In this document: positions 1 through 9,688 of the stretch, piece after piece | Layout: every line of letters starts with the position of its first letter | How positions within the stretch are numbered: the stretch's first letter is position 1 | Origin: Chlorokybus atmophyticus | Taxonomy: Eukaryota > Plantae > Mesostigma and Chlorokybus algae | Assembly (NCBI GenBank): GCA_009103225.1 | Contig: RHPI01002262.1 | Coordinates: 412,317-476,316, forward strand | Length of the DNA: 64,000 nucleotides | Reading direction: 5' to 3' | Translations under genes and position numbers: made by a program | Notes under the pieces: generated by a model | Told to the model about the DNA's origin: nothing | Database searches by the model: none | Seen by the model: the letters and a program-made list of their open reading frames with translations, nothing else

Positions 1-283
1 GACGCGCAACCTCACGACTCATGAAATTGCTGTTCGCGCCGCAATCCACCAGCATCTTGCACTCCATCCATGGCCCATTGCCCTCACGGATCAGAGCCAT
101 GACTCCCAACAGCTGCCTCGCCTTGTCGGGCACTCGAACCATACCGCTTTGCGTTGCCGTTGCGCACATGCCGCCAACCGTCAACAACGCTTCCACGCCA
201 GCCGCTGGACATTCAACATCATAGTGAGGCTGCATCACCACCTCAGCAGGAGCCTCTCCAGCTACTGAGGTGAGCCGTTTCCC
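1..283 (-). CDS. pol: pol N-terminus (aspartic protease), -1 frame relative to gag, partial
   Basis: Open frame from the slippery site to the window edge: ...GPWMECKMLVDCGANSNFMSREVAR, matching the retropepsin LVD(S/T/C)GA-x-x-N-F motif. Missed by the ORF track because it has no start codon of its own. Confidence 0.85.
239..283 (-). promoter_or_regulatory. -1 programmed ribosomal frameshift signal (G GGA AAC plus stem-loop)
   Basis: Heptamer GGGAAAC at 283-277 is in X XXY YYZ phase with gag. After a 4-nt spacer there is an 11-bp stem CACCTCAGTAG/CTGCTGAGGTG (272-262 with 249-239, one G-U pair). Confidence 0.8.
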
Positions 284-1308
284 GGCTGCAACATCTCCTC
301 CTCCACCATGTTCACGCGTCCACCGCTGCGAGCGTTGCGGGCATGTGCAGCAGACTTTGCCTTATAGATAGGGCAGTTGGAGCGCACGTGATCAGCAGAA
401 GAGCACTCCCAGCACTTCCGAACAGCCTTGGCAGCCTCCCGACCCTTTGGGGCCTTCATAGCAACATGGAGCGCACCCAATTCCATTAGAGTTGGTCCAA
501 AGCCAGCCCCCTGAGCTGCTGCAGCTCCCGAACCAGCCCCAACAGATGCGTATGAGCGATACGAACCTCCACGGAAGTGATTGTAATGTCCACGGTCAGT
601 GTTTTTGGCAGCCCCCTTGAAGTACAACACGTCCGTGCGCTCAGCAATGCGAATGGCCTCCGCGAGAGTCTTGGCGTCACGAAGCTCAACTTCCTTGCGA
701 CAAAGAGTCTTCAACCCGCGCGTGTAGCGGTCCAGCTGCTCCTCCTCAGTCATGTTCGGTACAGAGAGCACAAGACGCTGAAACGCAGAGGTATAGGCCA
801 TCACGGACTGCGTTTGCACAAGCGTAGAGAGCTGGTCGCGTGCCGTCTTCACACTCTCCACCGGTACGAACTGTTTCTTCACCTCAGCAGCCAGCTCAGC
901 CACGGTAGTGAAAGGAACCTCAAGACCAGCTTCCACACGAGCACAACGATGACGCCACCACACAAGTGCAGCTCCCTCAAAGAAAGTAGCAGCCACATCG
1001 ACACGGAGATGTATAGGTACCTCGGTGAGCTTTAACCATGTCGAAACGGCAAACACCCACTCCTCCACACAGTCACCGTCCCTCTGACCCTTGAATGGCT
1101 TTGGTTTTGGTAGCTTCACATGACGAGAGGCTGATGGGGCAACCACAGGAGCTGTAACGGGCGTGGACGCGCGCGCTTGCGCCATGGCTTGTTGAAATTG
1201 TGCCACTTGAGCTTGGGCAGATGCTTGGACACGTTGCAGCTCCTCATGAGCAGCTACCAGCACTTGCTGAAGCTCCACAACACGTGCATCATCCATGGTA
1301 GCGTCCAT
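262..1308 (-). CDS. gag: Retrotransposon Gag (capsid domain plus CCHC zinc knuckle), 348 aa
   Basis: KPKPFKG...VEEW, Q...V..Y...F..L, and YTRGL motifs of the retrotransposon gag domain; CWECSSADHVRSNC = CX2CX4HX4C. Confidence 0.92.
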   Translation of the reverse strand: MDATMDDARVVELQQVLVAAHEELQRVQASAQAQVAQFQQAMAQARASTPVTAPVVAPSASRHVKLPKPKPFKGQRDGDCVEEWVFAVSTWLKLTEVPIHLRVDVAATFFEGAALVWWRHRCARVEAGLEVPFTTVAELAAEVKKQFVPVESVKTARDQLSTLVQTQSVMAYTSAFQRLVLSVPNMTEEEQLDRYTRGLKTLCRKEVELRDAKTLAEAIRIAERTDVLYFKGAAKNTDRGHYNHFRGGSYRSYASVGAGSGAAAAQGAGFGPTLMELGALHVAMKAPKGREAAKAVRKCWECSSADHVRSNCPIYKAKSAAHARNARSGGRVNMVEEEMLQPGNGSPQ

Positions 1309-1381
1309 AAACAGAAAAATACCTCACACACTAAAAAGATAGTTAATATCCCCTTAAAACAAGAAACCCAACCCCTCCAAG

Positions 1382-1394
1382 GGCTCCGATACCA
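1382..1394 (-). promoter_or_regulatory. Primer-binding site, initiator tRNA-Met type
   Basis: TGGTATCGGAGCC, 1 nt after the LTR end. Differs from the canonical TGGTATCAGAGCC by one A>G (wobble). Confidence 0.85.
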
Positions 1395-1395
1395 C

Positions 1396-2036
1396 TGTAA
1401 CGATGCTCGTGCTCACATACACAGCACACAAGTCATGCAACACATGTGTGCAGCTGAGCACAATCTTCACACCGGAACCTTGCCTTCACTCGCGCACGCA
1501 CGCACGCGTCGAGCGCGCCAACGCACACGAACACTACTACTTCTCACGCCAAGCAAAAACGCAGCAGTGTGCCTTGGACCACAACTCCCTCAAGTATGCA
1601 CCAGCATACTCACAGCAGAGAGCAAAAAACAAAGTTGGTTGCCTTACACAGGTTTTTTCTATTTATACAAGCACTAGGAAGAAATAGCCTAATTAACAGG
1701 CATTTCATTATTCACTACCAAATCTAAAGGCAGGTCCAAGTGCAGGTTCCCCGCCACGCGCGTTGGGCCTCCGGCGGCTGTGTGACTATGCAGTCCGCGT
1801 CACCTGGCACTGCACAGCGCGTGTCCAGTCAGCGGCTGTGTCACAACCGCGTGGCAGGTGGGTCACGTCGCCGAATTAGCTGCTGTCGAGCAGGTCGCAG
1901 GCGAGTCGCGCGCGGCAGTAGGGGCAGGCGCCACATGGGCTTAATAAAGCTCATATAAGCCCTCATCAAGCCAGCAAAAAAGGCAAAATAAGTACTTTAT
2001 GTACAATAAAATACAAAAATGGCCCAGGCTGTTACA
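1396..2036 (-). repeat. 5' LTR of element A (641 bp)
   Basis: Starts TGTAACA at 2036 and ends GTTACA at 1396 (6-bp inverted termini); TATAAATA at 1667-1660; abuts the PBS. Confidence 0.85.
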
Positions 2037-2332
2037 GTTTAAGACTGTTTTTGGGTCTTATGCTGACTAGACCCGCCTTGTATACTATTTTGAGCTTGTA
2101 TATCAAGTTCTTTGTAGTGTTGACCGTTATTATTAGGTATAAGAGGACGCCCACACACGTTTAACATGGTTCACTTTACTTGTGCGTAAGTCTGGTGGCG
2201 GCAAAAGCCTTGGCCTAGGCGTGGTTTGGACTGGTCAAGTTTGGCATGGTTTAGTCTGTTCTTTTCTGCTTGCATAGACGGTTTAAGGGTGTTGTGTTGT
2301 GTGTCTACGCCTAGGAAGCTTGCATCTCAACA
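2037..2332 (+). repeat. 3' part of a copia-type LTR, interrupted by element A
   Basis: Ends GCATCTCAACA, identical to the end of the solo LTR at 11175-11623; TATA-like TATAAG near 2138; RT homology of element B stops exactly at 2333. Confidence 0.65.
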
Positions 2333-2732
2333 TGATCTTCCACTGATGCAGCTACCGGTTGCCCCAAAAAGAGGTCTTGTGCTTGTCCACCTCCTTGATA
2401 GCGATCTGGTTGTACCCCTGGCGCATGTTTAGGACACTGAAGACGGTGCAGTATTCTACATCATCAAAGATGCCTTCTACAGCAGGCATTGGATACCTGT
2501 CTTGCTTGGTCTTGTTGTTGAGGGGGCGGTAGTCACCGCACTTACGCCGGTCTGTCCAGTTGCCTGCGGCATCCTTCTTCAGGGGCATGATGGTCGCGGC
2601 CGCGAAGTCTGTTGTGGACTCCTCGATCAGGACTGCACCTAAAAGTCTTGCACCTCTGCTCCACCAAGTCTTCTTCCAACTTGGAGAGTCTATACTGACG
2701 TTTGAACACCGGTTTGGTGTCCACCAACTCAA
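2333..2732 (-). pseudogene. Ty3/gypsy reverse transcriptase, N-terminal part (truncated by LTR insertion)
   Basis: KKD...RKCGDYRPLN..T..DRYPMP.VEGIFD....VFSVLNMRQGYNQI.....HKTSFWG matches RT domains 1-3. Confidence 0.9.
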
Positions 2733-3066
2733 TGTCTATCTAGTAAACGGAGTAGCTGCCCACCTCCTTCACGCTGAAGCTGAACTGGCTTCTCCACTTG
2801 TTGAGGAGAGCTTCAAGTTGTTCTCGTGTCTGGCCTATAGCCAGCGGTCCAATGGCATGGGACCAGGAGGTGGTGTTGTCGACCACTGGATTGTCCTCCA
2901 CAATGACTGCTACCTGCTCCTTCATGTGGGCGATCTCGCGGGCAGTGTGTGCCGCTTTGATCTCTTGAACGCGATCAGCCCACCCCGCCAGGTGTTCGAG
3001 CTCATGGAAGGACACATGGCGGTCATGGAGAGCAAAGCAAATCCCTAACAACCACACCATGCTGTT

Positions 3067-4056
3067 CTAATCCATGGCGCGCCCCAGCAACTGACACTGC
3101 TGAATGTTGGTTAGCATGGAACCTGTGATACTGCCTGAAGAGAATCCCATGGCGCGTTCGCACTCACGAGCGTTTGGTTCCTTCAGCTGGCCTGTGTTAA
3201 AATCCAACACCATGCCGTCACCTCCGTTGCGGACGGCGTATGCACCCGGGTAAGACACCAGAGTGGGGAGCCCACGGCGCGGTTGATCAGGCCGGTTGCA
3301 CTGGTAAAAGTGCTGGTGGTCGTATCGCGTGACCGGTTGTGCTGTGCGCCTAGGGTCCAAGATAGCGTCAACGGTGATATTGCGTGGACGACTGCTATGC
3401 AAATATTCAGCAAAGAGATTCTCCAATGTGGCCAGGTTGGTCCACTTGGCGCGGATGCAATGAGCACGGGATTTATGACGCGCTGCGTTGATTTTAAGAG
3501 GATGCCCTAGCAAGAAACACACCTATCGAAAGCTGTTGGCCACGTGATGACGCTTATCGTCCTTGGAGTGCACGTTTTCGATGATGTACCCCAAAGGCCT
3601 AAAAAGCTAGTTGCTATGCAGGAGTTTATTGACGCGCATCAGCTCCTACAAGAATTGCGAGCGAGGATCTGAGAGTGCTTGGGCTTTGCCTGCTCTGGAG
3701 TGTTCTTGACACTCCCATCCAACTATCAGCAGGTCGATGGTGCCCACAGCCAGGAGGTAATCCGCAGTAATTAAACGGATGTCCTGTGGCAGTGCCTTCC
3801 GACGACCTTGTAGTGCGGATAGTGGCAGCTTGTACGAGTAGCATTTGAGTAAGTGGCGCAAGTGGTGGCTCAGGGCAATATGTGCGTGTGGATCACGGTT
3901 ACAGTAGAGATACTTGATGACCGTTGCGCCAATATTGAGGACAGCGGCGAGGCCACTGCCTATACCTCCAAACAGTTCCAACACGGTGATGCCTTGTTGT
4001 CGGCGAAAAACGTGGAACTCCACTGCTGACATACACACGTCTACATTGGCAAGCAC
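3067..4056 (-). pseudogene. Cytosine-5 DNA methyltransferase domain within pol
   Basis: Motif I VLELFGGIG; motif IV DLLIVGWECQEHSRAG followed by LSDPRS; motif VI YIIENV (about 3573-3590, read through stops); motif VIII-like SRAHCIRAKWTN; motif IX RECERAMGF; motif X QLLGRAMD. Three internal TAG stops. Confidence 0.9.
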
Positions 4057-4686
4057 TGCGTGCGCTATACTCAGCCGTTTGCTGTTCTGTAAGTTAAGCT
4101 GTCTAGCTCACAACCAGAGCTTTCCAACAAGCTAAGCCACGCCTGCTAAGCTTATGTATCCACAAAGCTACGCGATTTCTTCCAAGGCTCTACCAAGCAG
4201 CCTGCTCCGGAGTCCGTCATGACTCGACCGTCTTGCTAAGTCTGAAGTCCACGCGCTTCTTCCTAGTATCTTCGACCCTCGACTCCTGTATGAAGGGCAA
4301 GCTGACCGGATACAAGCATCACCCATGTAATACCTTCAACATCCACTACTATAGTGGCCACCTGGTGTTGCTCCTGGACTGCAGCTTGATCCTTGTAGAG
4401 AGGGAACCGTATAATGAGCCGTTGTCTGGTCGGTAGTAAATGTGCGACCACTTGTGCGCGCCGACGGCGTTTAGATGGTTTCTGTGGGGCCACTTCTTCA
4501 GTGGCATCCTCCTGGGGATCATCGTATAGGTTAGAACAGTCCTGGTCATGGTTGTGGGTGGCCTCTGCTAACCTGTTGTTGGTTATCGAAGCCGACCTGT
4601 AGGTGGTTGTTGCAGCTGATCTTTGGTGAGAGCAAGTGCGAGCCATCAGCTCGAGAGGCAGATATCCGTGAACCTCTCTATCCTCC

Positions 4687-5040
4687 TCATCCCAATGGGG
4701 ACAAAACCATGCCTTCTCTGTCCAGCAATCCATGCCCCATGCCAACAGGAAAGTTGAAGTCCAATCCCAGCAGCAGGTCGAAGGATCCCGCGTCGGTGAC
4801 CACACACTTTTGTATGACCTCAGTGCTGTGGGAAGGGTCCAACCCTGTCAAGCGAATGCAGAGGGCCTGTTTAGTGATGCCAATCACCTGGGCACAGCTT
4901 TCGGTTGCTGTGTCGAACACGTATGGGCAAGGCATCAGCTCAGCGATGATAATCCCGAGGTCGCGTACGAGGCAACGTTCGATGATGACAGACTAGGCTC
5001 CAGAGTCCAGCATCACGCGCTTGGGTGCTCGACCGTTGTT
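4687..5040 (-). pseudogene. Aspartic protease domain of element B
   Basis: KRVMLDSGA*SVII (D-S-G at 5007-4999) and C-terminal FDLLLGLDF. Confidence 0.85.
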
Positions 5041-7369
5041 GGTAACATGCTTGCCTTTGTTGGAGATCATGGCTGCATTGGCGTTGATGCGCAGACACTT
5101 GAATCGTCGGTAGCGTGTGATTGGGGTGACTGCTGCTATAGTTTCCTCCGAAACAATTGAGCGCAATGCGGCAAGCGCCCCTCGATCGGCTGGGTCTTAA
5201 AAACCTCCTTGTTCATGGCCTGGCCCGAATCGTCCTTGTCTTGGCTGTTGGTATACTTGCTGCGGCCTAGATGCTGGTGGCGCTGCCTGTGGCTGCCCTG
5301 GTTGTGGCGCAGGGAAATTGCGCCTTTGTGTGGCCGGGGTCATACCTGGCGGCGTGGCCAGTGGCTGTGGGGGAAACGCTGGAGAACCGGGTGTTTGTGG
5401 GCCCGCCTCCCGTGCAGCATTAACTTCCACATCAGTCCAGCGTATGACATGAGCCGCCTCCATGACCAGTGTACCTTTCCAGTAGTTGTTAAATCGTCGA
5501 CCACGTCACTCCAGCGATGGTTCTGAGGCATGGGCTGAAGATATACTGCGCGCAGGAGCCGCTCTTGTATTGTGGGTGATGGTGGGAACCCTTAGGATCC
5601 TTGCCATGTAGGCATCCCGTCTGCCATTGACCACCCACTTCTGGCACCGTTGTTGCTTGTGCATGCACATTAAGGTAGATCTCTCAACGTTCGACATGCT
5701 ACTCATAAGCAGCTGTGATGCGTCTGGTTGTCGCGCTGCTTCCACTCCTGGCAACCTCAGTATGGCCTCTTGAGCTACTTACAAGGTGTTAGCGGCCGAG
5801 GCAACCTCGTCATGGCCTTGCCGTAGCGAGCGAAGGAAGGCGTCCAACCATAATAATCTTGTGCCAAATGTGAACAAAGGGACTGCGGGGTGATTAATGA
5901 CTAGCCAAGGCACTAATCTTGCTCGCGCTGCATTACCACCTTCTCGCATCTCCAACATCCGTCTCAGGCCGATGCCTTCTTGTCGATGCAGCATGGTTGC
6001 TTGTCGCAACAGGGCAGTGCGAAGTTGCTGTTCTTCGATTGAACCTGCTCCATCTCGTTGTGTCCACCCTTGCGGTGTGAGGTAGCCTCTTCCTGGATCC
6101 CGTTGATCGTCAGGCAAGTCTTCCACCAAGGCGGGTAGCAGCGGGGCGATCACCCCCTTGGTGTGTTGGGCCAGCGCCCTTGCCTAATCAATGTCGGTCT
6201 CGACGGCGAAAGGTGTGGTGCTGAACGATGGGCAAGCGATTGTTGGTGCGGAAACGGAAACGGCGCGAGCAGCGGGAAGGGCTTGCGCTCGTGCGTTAAT
6301 GGCTGCATTTTTGTCTTGCCGCCAGGTGAACGCTTGTTCAAGAGCGGCGTAGCGCTCGTGAAGCCAAGGAGTAGTGAGGGTCCTCATTGCTAAGTCGGTA
6401 CCCAAAGGCATGACAGCTGCATCGCTGATGTGCTGCTGCACATTGGGTTGCCGGTCTCGATACATGTCCAGCGGACTTGGCTCAAAAGGCTCGTGACGGA
6501 CTTGTGCGGGCTGGCGTGGCGCTGTCTGCATGTTGTCAGGCGGAGTCTAGAACAGCTGCAGGGCCAACTCCAGCACAACAGGTATTTCGACCACAAGAAC
6601 GTGGTCTCATACGGGAGGCGCCGTGCCGGCGAGGATTTCATCCTCCAATTGCCGCTGAGTCTGCTTTAGCAGGGTGTGATATTCAGGCAGTGGGAAGACG
6701 CGATCACTGCGTTCAACACGCGTAGTGCGCTCTCCTCGCCACCCAAAGCAATGGTAGTGTGATTTGCTCCACGCATGATGATCTCCCATGCGCGCTCAGT
6801 TTGCTGACAACGCGGGAAAGCCTAAGTGACGTCGAGGACGGGCAACATAGCTGCGCGCGTCGCTGCAGTGGCAGCGGATTCGGCGATGGCACTGGCAGTG
6901 GTTGCGATAGTGCCGGTCAATGACGCAAGAGTGGTCACAATGCTCGCTTACACAAACGCTCCTGCAGTTGGACTGGGACCGGTGCGATCTACTGCTGCAA
7001 AGTCGATAACAGCACTGGCTGTCGCCATCGTGCTTACAAGTGTTGGCGTCACGATGCCCACTGATGCACCAAATCTTCGTGCAAATGGAGTAGTTGCTGC
7101 TGACATTGATGGAGTCGACGTCGTAGCCGGTGTGGCTGTTGCTGCTGATGCAGCACCATTGGTGGCTTTAGAAGAGGTAGCTGCTAACAATGTTGCGGCT
7201 TCCCCTCGTGCTCGTCGGGATGGTTGAACGCGTGCTGGAGTGCTCGTGTCTTCCGTGCGCTTTGGAGCCATTAGTGCCCATCGGGCAGCGTAGCAGGTGC
7301 GATAGCCCTGCTCCTTGTTTTCCTCCAAGCGTGCCATACGCGCCATGAGGGCAGCAGTACGGTCATCAG

Positions 7370-8961
7370 CTAACGAGTTGGCTGGAGCCTTGGCGGCAAC
7401 AGCAGCGCGCGCGGACGTCCTTCCGGTCCCTTGCGCTGAGGAGAACGATTCTTCCCCCTGAAGCCTTGCTCTTCCATGCGAGCGTTGGCGTAATTGTTCT
7501 TGTTATTATGGGCAGTGTTGTTGCTGTTGTAGCCATCAGAGTTGTTGCCGTTGTGGCCTCCAGTGTTATTGCTGTTGTAGCCACCAGAGTTGTTGCCATT
7601 ATGGCCTCCAGTGTTGTTCTCTTCGGTGCACTCCTTTTTATAGTGCCCATGCCGTCCACAGCAATGACACAGCACAAGGGCAGGCAAAGCAGTATAAGCA
7701 AACCGTTTCCCTTTGTTGTGTGCTGGTGGAGCGTCTCGGCCACGTTTGCGGCGAGGAGGCTCAATAGTTGTGCTGGCTACAGGCCGTGAGGCGCTGCGGT
7801 TGGTGTCCGGCACTGCCTTCTCACACACCAAGCGCTTGTGAATGGTTTATGCAGTCTCGAAGGCTTCCTTGAGCGTGCACGCTCAAGGACACGTGTAGCC
7901 AAGGGGCTTGTTGTATTTCAGGGTCAGGTGCGTCGACTCGCACAGGGTCACATCCAACTCATTGACATACACCACTGCAGCAGCCTCATCACTGACAATC
8001 TTGTAGTCAGTGTCTTTCAGCAGACCTTCTGGTTTGGAGTACAGGTGTAGAGGGTCCTCGTTGGGCTTGCGTCCAAACCGTCTCAGCTCCTCCACTTTGC
8101 TGGTGGTCTAAGGTGGGAAGGTGCGACAAAGTGCAGCGTATAAGTCCTTAAGTGGAGTCAAAGATGGCAGCACCTACAGTGATGGCTGGTGCGCGCAGTG
8201 TAACTGATCCGAGGGTGAAAGCATTGCCTCCCGCACGAGAGCTAGGTGTTGCCAGAGGTAGAGGCGTGCCCACCTCAACAACTGCAGCTCATTCTACAAA
8301 GATAGCAGCAGAATGGTCCAGGATTCGGGCTCGTGGTGCGACCGTCTTAGTCTTAATCTCGGCAGGGGTTAGGCTGACATTCACCAACTCAGGCTCCTCG
8401 TCCTCTGCCCTCTCGATGGCTGCAGCTATGAACTAGCCGATGACTGCAGCTGGAGTGGCAGGTGGAGTGATGGCTGCTGAATTGTGTAGTGACGCAGAGG
8501 CTATGGTGCTGGCGAGCTCGCCATAGCCATAAACTCGATGCAATTCAGCAACAGACATCGTGTGCTTCATGGTCTAGATACCGAGCATCAACGTGGAAAA
8601 ACATCTCATCTGACCAGTCCTTGTTCTTTAGAGCTTGCTGTCGCATTTTGGAATAAAACTTGATGACGAATTCGTCAAGCGAGGTGGTGCCAGCACGTCC
8701 GGAGAAGCGCATGGATGTGGTTGAGCTGAAAAACTCCATCTCGTAGTCGTCGCTGTTGGACGATTGTGGGGAAGCTCGATGGCGAGGAGTAGAACGGAAC
8801 GGAGTGAAGCGGGAGACAGAATTCGAGCCTTTGCTGCTGCGATTGCTGCTTCTGTTGCTGGTCCGCTCGTAAGTGAGATTGGAGGTTGGGCTCCAGCTGC
8901 TGAGGTCACCCTCGTCTATTGAAGAGAACGGGATGGGCCTGCTCATATAGCTAGTCCACAA
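7370..8961 (-). pseudogene. Gag region of element B (fragmented)
   Basis: RFSGRAGTTSLDEFVIKF capsid-like segment, EELRRFGRKPNED segment, and zinc knuckle CHCCGRHGHYKKEC; several frameshifts and stops. Confidence 0.7.
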
Positions 8962-9020
8962 GTGAAAGTGTATGCGGGGTAGAGTGTTTGTGCCCTACTG
9001 TCTGTCTTGATGCTACTACT

Positions 9021-9688
9021 TGTAACAGTCAAGGCCAAATTTTGTGATTTTCATGGCCGTTTTAGGCCTTATTTGTAAGGTACATGTTCTTAATGACTTG
9101 TGGCGGATATCGGCGAGTTATGAGTCTGCCGCGGATATCAACCGGGGCCCCAAGACCAGTCCGGAAGGTGCCAGAAAACGGAGGGCCAGTCGAGAAGGGC
9201 TCGACCAGATTTCTGGCAGGGCCTGGCGCCAAGTAGTATAACTTCACCATATGAGCAGCAAATTAGGAGATCTTTGGTGCGTTGGAAAGGTCTAAGTGTA
9301 CTACAAGATTCTGCAATTATATCTTAGCTTTTAGTTCCGTCTAGCGCTAGAATCGTCTAGACAGTAGCATGTGCAGACTGGTAGGTATAAAAGTGACATT
9401 CTACAATTTGCAATACAACCTTTAGCTCCCTAGTTTTTGGTGTGCAAGCTTGGTGGTGGTTAGCAGGGGTTGCTAGCGTGTGTCCACTGGTGTGCTTGCT
9501 TGTGTGACGATCCAAGGCGCTACTCAAGTCAGTGTGTAGCTTGGAGCGCATGCGCGTGCGTACGCGAGTGGCGGGGCGCGCGTGTGTGCTTGGCAGAGGG
9601 GGCAAGGTTCCGGTGTGAATACCGTGTCTTGGTGAGAGGGTTGTGGATTGGACCAACTCACAGGTGACAAGGCACGAGCACCGTCACA
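9021..9688 (+). mobile_element. Solo LTR (gypsy-type, related to LTR A), 668 bp
   Basis: TGTAACA...GTCACA termini; 5-bp TSD CTACT (9016-9020 and 9689-9693); TATAAAA at 9386; 19-bp block GGCAAGGTTCCGGTGTGAA and 3' end GCACGAGCAyCGTyACA shared with LTR A. Confidence 0.92.

Larger units (their letters stand above)
1..2036 (-). mobile_element. Ty3/gypsy LTR retrotransposon A (5' part; runs off the left edge)
   Basis: 5' LTR, Met PBS, intact gag with CCHC knuckle, -1 frameshift signal and protease motif, all in the correct order on the minus strand. Confidence 0.93.
2333..9020 (-). mobile_element. Decayed Ty3/gypsy retrotransposon B carrying a C5 DNA methyltransferase (gag - long insert - protease - DNMT - RT)
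   Basis: ORF fragments ending (high coordinate) at 6789, 6531, 6153, 5754, 5463, 4935, 4056, 3522 and 3060 all share one frame, broken only by stop codons. Recognisable gag, CCHC knuckle, DSGA protease, DNMT motifs and gypsy RT. 5' boundary unresolved. Confidence 0.88.

Noticed and set aside
230-264. Gag-pol by UAG read-through (MLV-like)
   Set aside because: The gag frame hits TGA nine codons after the TAG; the protease motif is in the -1 frame, which has a proper slippery site.
3067-4056. Bacterial restriction-modification methylase or contamination
   Set aside because: It is in frame with retrotransposon protease and next to gypsy RT, and is surrounded by eukaryotic intron-containing genes.
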